Positions 35,610 to 40,528 of a stretch of DNA of 40,528 nucleotides are shown here, piece after piece. The position numbers were made by a program, and so were the translations under genes. The stretch is from a virus (Duplodnaviria; Caudoviricetes). How positions within the stretch are numbered: position 1 is the stretch's first letter; each line of letters begins with the position of its first letter. Location of the stretch: positions 1-40,528 of IMG/VR virus record IMGVR_UViG_3300008255_000224; one strand, written 5' to 3'. Under the pieces are notes generated by a model. The model was not told the origin of the DNA. It was given only the letters and a program-made list of their open reading frames with translations, and did not search any database.

Positions 35610-35754
35610 GTAATCTCTATGAGGCAGAGGAATGTTGAAAAATTGGCACCAAATCCGTCTTTTCGTTCATCAAATACAGTGCTGGTCTGCTCGGTATGCC
35701 AATACCTTCAACGCCAGCCCCTCACAAGAGGCACTACTTCGGTAGTGTCTTTTG
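35610..35754 (+). ncRNA. Candidate ~145-nt small RNA or attenuator leader
   Basis: Lies between promoter and terminator; rod of TGAGG/CCTCA, TGTTGAA/TTCAACG, ATTGGCA/TGCCAAT. Confidence 0.5.
35726..35753 (+). terminator. Intrinsic terminator-like hairpin with UUCG loop
   Basis: AAGAGGCACTAC-TTCG-GTAGTGTCTTTT followed by GTTGT. Confidence 0.7.
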
Positions 35755-35847
35755 TTGTGTCCAGAGGAGTAGTCATCCGTTTGCATGGTAGCTGTCAGCA
35801 AGAGCTATCGAGCCTGATAGACTTCTCAGCCCCCTGGACACAACAAA
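35751..35847 (+). ncRNA. Structured RNA element closed by a perfect 14-bp stem, possible pseudoknot
   Basis: TTTGTTGTGTCCAG/CTGGACACAACAAA; inner GGTAGC/GCTATC crossed by TGTCAG/CTGATA. Confidence 0.5.
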
Positions 35848-35869
35848 GGATTTATCTCTAGGAGGTCTC

Positions 35870-36205
35870 ATGGATAATGTAGTGCGGTTCATCGTGGCCG
35901 TGGTGCTCTTCCTCTCCCAAGCTCAGGCTATTGTACCGGCCGATCAGGTAGAGAATGTAGTGCGTACCGCTCCTGTAGAGAGCGTATCCTATGAGGATGT
36001 CTACGCTGTTCCGTCCGTGGGAGCCTCCCCGATCTCCACGCCTATCATGGTACCGATCAGCTCCGCTCTACTCACGCCGAGTAGGGAAGTGGATCTGGAC
36101 GAGACCGGCCAGCTCACCGACAAGGGCATGGAGCAGGTAACGCAGAATTGGGCTGTGTTCTGGGCAATCAATCCGGAGCTGGAAGCTCACATCAACGGTC
36201 AGTGA
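35870..36205 (+). CDS. Small exported protein with signal peptide
   Basis: SD AGGAGGT; MDNVVRFIVAVVLFLSQAQA ends in an AxA cleavage motif. Confidence 0.75.
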   Translation: MDNVVRFIVAVVLFLSQAQAIVPADQVENVVRTAPVESVSYEDVYAVPSVGASPISTPIMVPISSALLTPSREVDLDETGQLTDKGMEQVTQNWAVFWAINPELEAHINGQ

Positions 36206-36692
36206 TTGTATCCGGATCCCTGGGCTCAGCGATGAGCTCAGATCTCTGAACACAATCGAACATCCTGCCGATGCGGCATCCGAGGGAAGCCGCTTTATCA
36301 AAACCTCGCAAGCCTGGATCCAAAACCTGCAACGCCGACCCCTGCGACAGGTGCCACAGATGACATGATTCCAGGAGAGAACCGGAACAGTACCTCAAAG
36401 GGCAATCCCCAGGAGCACCACGGTGGAGATACTTTCGGACGCAGTGATGGACAGAGCCCACAGGAAGATAAGATACTGTGGCGAATGGGGGAGGACAATG
36501 GAAATTGCGGTTTGAGAGGTGGATGTGGCGGTCGGGAGATTTAACTCATTCTCCAAAGCCGTAGGAGATCCTGTCCAAGAGAGCAGACTCACAGATCGTC
36601 AGGCATCTTTTTTCGTAGGCTCACCGAGAGAAAAACATACTCTCATTTGAAGCCTCGCCATATAAGCCTGATGAGCATCCACCTCTCAGATC
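36204..36692 (+). ncRNA. Candidate large (~490 nt) structured non-coding RNA region
   Basis: No credible ORF; many stems, GNRA tetraloops, a 13-17-bp closing helix and an 8-bp pseudoknot. Confidence 0.6.
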
Positions 36693-36720
36693 ATAATTTA
36701 CCCACCAGGAAAGGATCAGT

Positions 36721-36921
36721 ATGGAAAAGCTCAGTCTCGATGAGAAGTGTACCAAGTGCGGATCGCAGAATGTCGATGTGAAGTATCACCTCTCCACTGG
36801 CGTCTCATTCTATGAGGGTGAGCCCATCGGTGTACCTGTAATGCGTGTCACCTGTGCAAGGTGCCTTTTCTCCTGGATCCGGCTACCCATGGACGCAACG
36901 ATAGGAGGGGAGCATGGCTAG
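36721..36921 (+). CDS. Zinc-ribbon protein
   Basis: CTKCG...CARC; SD AAAGGA. Confidence 0.7.
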   Translation: MEKLSLDEKCTKCGSQNVDVKYHLSTGVSFYEGEPIGVPVMRVTCARCLFSWIRLPMDATIGGEHG

Positions 36922-37180
36922 GCTCGACTGGCAGGACTATGAGGAACAGGCGTTCCAGCATTTCTATGATCGTGTCATGGTGGATCTCGCAGGGAAGTGT
37001 GCCAGCAAACGAGCCGCCGGCCGAGCGGAGCGTGGTATGTCAGCCTATCAGGCCACTATAGAGCAGATGCTAGGGCATGATCTGATCGATGAGATAGAGC
37101 AGGAACTGTTAGACGCTCGCAATTATATAGATGACTACTTCATCCAGAAGGCACTAAGGAAGCTCACAGTGAGGGCATAA
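36914..37180 (+). CDS. Hypothetical helical protein
   Basis: SD GGAGG; DEIEQELLDARNY acidic pattern. Confidence 0.7.
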   Translation: MARLDWQDYEEQAFQHFYDRVMVDLAGKCASKRAAGRAERGMSAYQATIEQMLGHDLIDEIEQELLDARNYIDDYFIQKALRKLTVRA

Positions 37181-37201
37181 GGCAAGTGCTAAACAAAATG
37201 T

Positions 37202-37231
37202 TTGACAAACGCTATAGATCTTTTGTATACT
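37202..37231 (+). promoter_or_regulatory. Sigma70-type early promoter
   Basis: TTGACA-N18-TATACT in an AT-rich intergenic region. Confidence 0.8.
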
Positions 37232-37308
37232 CTGGGTGAGGTCGAAATACCAATCACGGAGAAAAATAGACGACAAAATGAATATCGAACTCAAGAAAGG
37301 AGAAAAGC

Positions 37309-37518
37309 ATGAGCCTACTGCAACGGATGGCAAAGCGTAAACAAGTGAGGGAGGTATCCATCGGACTCCGGATTCCAGCCAGCATGGAGCGAGACCTCAA
37401 GACAATCATGGACTTTGTGGCCAACAAGGAAGATCGGGCAGTGACACAATCAGAGGTGATCAGAGACATGATCGACATCGGTATCCAATCTATCAAGCGT
37501 GGGGCGGCACTCAAATGA
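37309..37518 (+). CDS. Ribbon-helix-helix DNA-binding protein
   Basis: SIGLRIPASMERDL...TQSEVIRDMI; SD AAAGGAG. Confidence 0.7.
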   Translation: MSLLQRMAKRKQVREVSIGLRIPASMERDLKTIMDFVANKEDRAVTQSEVIRDMIDIGIQSIKRGAALK

Positions 37519-38348
37519 AAACGACAATGACCGGTATGGAGAACTTCAGGGATGACGGTATGCAGGGTATAACTTCTATGCTCCCGACCTGGAGAGTAGC
37601 ACATACAGCCGAGAAGGTGACAACTAATCCACGCTGGGGCGAAGGAGCCCTGATCAAGATCGAGGATGGCAAGGTTACTCAGTGGGTGGACTCGCTTGAG
37701 ATCGTGATCGTGACCTCAGTGGTTTCCAGGCTCAAGAAGGATAGTGCGAATAACACGGTCTGCTATTCAGAAGAAGGAAAAATCCCGATCAACAAATACA
37801 TCAATGTCTTTTCCTCTGAGTGTGCATCGTGCAAATGGTGCTTCACGGCCAAAAATGACAAGGACGAGGTACTACCCAACCAGTGCAAGAACCTCTACAA
37901 ATACCTGTTCTACCAGGTCGCTACTCCCGACAATCTGGAACAGATGATCCTCACCCACGGCAACTACGCATCATGTAAAGGTTTGAAGCACAGGCTCTTC
38001 GCAGGGATGCTTCACCCTGATCAGGGTGATACCATGGCGATCTTCGGATTTAAGCTGAAAGTGACCACGGAAATTATCGGTGACAACTACAAGTATCCGG
38101 CCGCAAAGTTCGATTGCATTGGCATCAATGATGACGCTCGGATCCTGGAGATCGATCAGTACCTCAAGGGAAAAAAGAATCCTCTCCTGATGGGCGGATC
38201 GTCAGATATTCCACAGCTCTCAGCGGTCAGTGCAGTGCAGGAAGATGCACCGGAGACCGAGCCAGCCGTACAGACCATGGATCAGATCATCAAGGATGTC
38301 GTCAAGACCGAGCCAGCGCCAGCCAAACAAGATGAAATCCCTTTTTAA
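37515..38348 (+). CDS. Putative single-stranded DNA-binding protein
   Basis: C-terminal DEIPF (SSB-Ct-like) after an acidic linker; CYSEEG...CASC...C cysteine pattern. Confidence 0.6.
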   Translation: MKTTMTGMENFRDDGMQGITSMLPTWRVAHTAEKVTTNPRWGEGALIKIEDGKVTQWVDSLEIVIVTSVVSRLKKDSANNTVCYSEEGKIPINKYINVFSSECASCKWCFTAKNDKDEVLPNQCKNLYKYLFYQVATPDNLEQMILTHGNYASCKGLKHRLFAGMLHPDQGDTMAIFGFKLKVTTEIIGDNYKYPAAKFDCIGINDDARILEIDQYLKGKKNPLLMGGSSDIPQLSAVSAVQEDAPETEPAVQTMDQIIKDVVKTEPAPAKQDEIPF

Positions 38349-38357
38349 GGAACATCG

Positions 38358-38600
38358 ATGTCTGATATTCAGCTCTTGGTTGATATGGATCTCTCTCAGC
38401 AAAAACGCATTAAGATCCTACTGGAATGGCGTGGAGAGGCTGGAGCCTTTGTCTACGAGCTAAACGCTCCACGCCCAGGCGGACTAGGGATCGCACAGTA
38501 CAATGCCAGGATCTTCGAGCTACGGAAAGAAGGCCTGGACATCACGGACGACAACGGCCACTTCGTTCTACACAAAAAAGGTCAATCCACAATGTTCTAG
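38358..38600 (+). CDS. Winged HTH protein
   Basis: QQKRIKILL...GIAQYNARIFELRKEGLDI. Confidence 0.7.
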   Translation: MSDIQLLVDMDLSQQKRIKILLEWRGEAGAFVYELNAPRPGGLGIAQYNARIFELRKEGLDITDDNGHFVLHKKGQSTMF

Positions 38601-38608
38601 GAGGAACA

Positions 38609-38845
38609 ATGTCCAGGGATGTGCGTGTCATCGGCTACTTCAACTGGAAAGGGTACAAGTGCCGGATTGTATGGAACTGTCAGACGGATAGATACCATGG
38701 GATGTACGGCGAAGGGAACGACCTAGTGGATCTCGGATCAGATGAGACCGTCAAAGAGGCGGAGCAGAACATGAAAGCCTATTTAGACTATATCATCAAG
38801 GAAAAAAGAAATGACAAAAACAAAAAGCACAGACTGGATCAGTGA
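38609..38845 (+). CDS. HicB-like protein
   Basis: WKGYKCRIVW...YHG...DLV...ETVKEAEQNMKAYLDY; ATG 38609 follows AGGAGG. Confidence 0.5.
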   Translation: MSRDVRVIGYFNWKGYKCRIVWNCQTDRYHGMYGEGNDLVDLGSDETVKEAEQNMKAYLDYIIKEKRNDKNKKHRLDQ

Positions 38846-39005
38846 AGTGCACCTGACGCTCAAGGCTGAGAAGCTGAATATGCCCAGGGCGGCGAGAGTG
38901 CACAGGGAGAAGGCCAGGACATTTATCCTGGGCGAGAGCAAAGGCCAGATCCATCGTGACTGCGTTCGTATCTTCACCAAGCTGAACAATGAGGTGACGA
39001 AATGA
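38811..39005 (+). CDS. Small basic hypothetical protein
   Basis: SD AAGGA; ATGA coupling to the next gene. Confidence 0.55.
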   Translation: MTKTKSTDWISEVHLTLKAEKLNMPRAARVHREKARTFILGESKGQIHRDCVRIFTKLNNEVTK

Positions 39006-39943
39006 AGAACAACATCGAGCTAGAGAAACAGAAGTCAATCAATGCCGAGCTCTACGCCGAGATGGCGGATGTCGAGAGCCAGCTGGCACTTCGTAACCAC
39101 GAACGGTTCCAGCTCCTGACCAGTCTCACAGATCACCGCACCATGATCAGCATGGGCAACGCCAGGCTCAAGAAGATCCTGGCCGACCAGGAAGGCGACA
39201 CGGACGCTATCGATCCCAGGGACGACTACAAGAAGCATCAGAGAAACCAGAAGGCAGGGGCTGTAGTGGTCTTGGTGGTTATCCTGATCATCGGATGGAT
39301 GATCGGATCGAAACTCAACAATCCTAAGTCTCAGACCATCCAGGACGCTTCTGCGTCCACGCCAACAGCGGAGGTAGTCCAGTCCCTCCCAGACCATTTT
39401 GTTGACGCCGCCGAAATGGTATTCGAACTTCCACCTCAAGAGATATCTGATCGCCCTGACTGGACACTGATCCGGCCGGAAGTGGTATGCCACGGTGAGG
39501 ATCCTACACAGCGGTACCCGATCCGGCAGTACAGTCTCCAGGGCAAACGACAGAACTGGACTTGTATCCCTCAGTACCTGGTGGACGATCTGGAGCAGGC
39601 CAGCCTGGACTACAGCATCAATGTGAATATGCTGGCCGGCCTTTTCAATACCGAAAGTGCCTTTGATCCAAACGCCGTATCAGATGCCGGTGCCCAGGGC
39701 TGTGCTCAGTTTATGCCCTCTACCTGGAATTGGCTCTACTCCATCGGAGTGTTCACCGGCGACATGGATGTCTGGTCATGTGAGGACAGTGTGCGTATGG
39801 CGGCGATCAAGCTCAGCCGTGACGGTTGGTCAGACAGTGGTGGATGGAAGCAGGCACTCTACGCCTACCTGGGAGCCGGAGCGGACTGGTATGTAGAGCG
39901 TGTGCAGTTCTGGGGCAACCTATACCAGAATGAGGTGGTGTAG
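39002..39943 (+). CDS. Membrane-anchored lytic transglycosylase (SLT domain)
   Basis: TESAFDPNAVSDAGAQGCAQFMPSTW and ALYAY motifs; internal TM AVVVLVVILIIGWMIG. Confidence 0.85.
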   Translation: MKNNIELEKQKSINAELYAEMADVESQLALRNHERFQLLTSLTDHRTMISMGNARLKKILADQEGDTDAIDPRDDYKKHQRNQKAGAVVVLVVILIIGWMIGSKLNNPKSQTIQDASASTPTAEVVQSLPDHFVDAAEMVFELPPQEISDRPDWTLIRPEVVCHGEDPTQRYPIRQYSLQGKRQNWTCIPQYLVDDLEQASLDYSINVNMLAGLFNTESAFDPNAVSDAGAQGCAQFMPSTWNWLYSIGVFTGDMDVWSCEDSVRMAAIKLSRDGWSDSGGWKQALYAYLGAGADWYVERVQFWGNLYQNEVV

Positions 39944-39945
39944 CC

Positions 39946-40209
39946 ATGATCGCCAGAAAGCACTTCTCCTGCGATCTGTGTCCCAGTATGAGCACTGGAG
40001 CTGGCGACTTGAACGACTGGGAGCAGGACTATTGGGCAGATCTCCAGTGCAACGATCCGGCAGATCTGAACATGAAGGATCTAGCCAGAGAGAAGAGGGA
40101 TGCAGAGAGAGACGATGCAATCAGGCAGGAAAGATGGGAACGGACAAGAATTATCAAAGAACATCGTAAAAATGAAAGGTACGAGGCATGGCTACTAAAA
40201 CAGTTTTAG
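39946..40209 (+). CDS. Hypothetical protein
   Basis: SD GAGGTG; CDLC plus a charged helix. Confidence 0.55.
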   Translation: MIARKHFSCDLCPSMSTGAGDLNDWEQDYWADLQCNDPADLNMKDLAREKRDAERDDAIRQERWERTRIIKEHRKNERYEAWLLKQF

Positions 40210-40412
40210 AGTTCCTGACCGCCCTGGATGAGATATACAGGGCCTATGTGATACCGTCTAGCTGGACAGAGAACATTAGAGAAAAGACAGTCCTGATCAG
40301 CAATATCCTAATCCAGAAATCCAAGATGTATCCAAATGACGATCCACGCAACCTGGCAGCGCACCTGGATGATCCAGTGCCGGACTTCTTAATCCGAAAG
40401 GACACCAAATGA
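40188..40412 (+). CDS. Hypothetical protein
   Basis: Overlaps both neighbours; ATGA coupling downstream. Confidence 0.6.
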   Translation: MATKTVLEFLTALDEIYRAYVIPSSWTENIREKTVLISNILIQKSKMYPNDDPRNLAAHLDDPVPDFLIRKDTK

Positions 40413-40528
40413 ACACCGCCCTAGAGCCAAACATAGACGATATGCGAGAGGCAGTGATTGACCACTACTTCTGGAGTCCTAACGAACTAGATGGTGACTT
40501 CTGGGGCAATGGTGAAGAAGATCCCGAC
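40409..40528 (+). CDS. Hypothetical protein, 3' truncated (MNTALEPNIDDMREAVIDHYFW...)
   Basis: SD AAAGGA, ATGA overlap, open to the window end. Confidence 0.55.
   Translation, partial: MNTALEPNIDDMREAVIDHYFWSPNELDGDFWGNGEEDPD

Larger units (their letters stand above)
1..40528 (+). mobile_element. Caudoviricetes phage or prophage genome segment, podovirus-like
   Basis: Co-oriented terminase, portal, scaffold, capsid, adaptor, fibre, ejection and lysis genes; no host housekeeping genes; no tail tube or tape measure evident. Confidence 0.95.

Noticed and set aside
35619-35861. 80-aa ORF over the structured RNA region
   Set aside because: No SD, runs through a terminator and perfect stems, and is not protein-like.
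36400-36495. HDV-like ribozyme (stem followed by GGCGAATGGG)
   Set aside because: No P1/P3/L3 nested pseudoknot could be built upstream.
36204-36692. RNase P RNA, tmRNA, group I intron or retron ncRNA
   Set aside because: GAGGAAAGUCC, tRNA-like ends and P7 elements were not found, and no reverse transcriptase is encoded in the window.
1-40528. Stop-codon reassignment
   Set aside because: TAA, TAG and TGA all end genes followed by SD-led starts, and long genes are uninterrupted in code 11.
1-40528. Terminal repeat, att site or integrase
   Set aside because: Window ends do not match, both cut through ORFs, and no recombinase motif was seen.

Overview
The whole window is part of a tailed dsDNA phage or prophage genome, with essentially all genes on the + strand and the standard genetic code. 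No tail tube or tape measure gene is evident, so a podovirus-like virion is inferred. Gene order: RusA-like resolvase and small regulators; terminase (lambda GpA-type large subunit); P22-like portal; decoration protein, scaffold and SU10/DUF5309-type major capsid protein; adaptor and nozzle; a GT2-methyltransferase fusion coupled to a proline-free collagen-like fibre; an ejection-type protein; a 4203-aa polyvalent protein (ART-like, two HExxH zincins, N6-adenine MTase, SNF2-type helicase, LPD38-like); a lysis cassette with a C39-type peptidase; a ~1.5 kb region rich in structured RNA; then early genes (RHH, SSB-like, HTH, HicB-like, membrane-anchored SLT). No integrase, polymerase, RT, tRNA or CRISPR array was seen. 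Most unusual signals: (1) a gene with its own SD nested in the +1 frame of the giant protein gene; (2) a Rho-N/SAP-like protein whose C-terminus copies the capsid protein N-terminal arm; (3) a cluster of apparently unannotated pseudoknotted RNAs at 35.6-36.7 kb; (4) a promoter/GNRA hairpin/terminator leader directly in front of the portal gene. All family calls come from motif recognition by eye; no database search or folding program was run.
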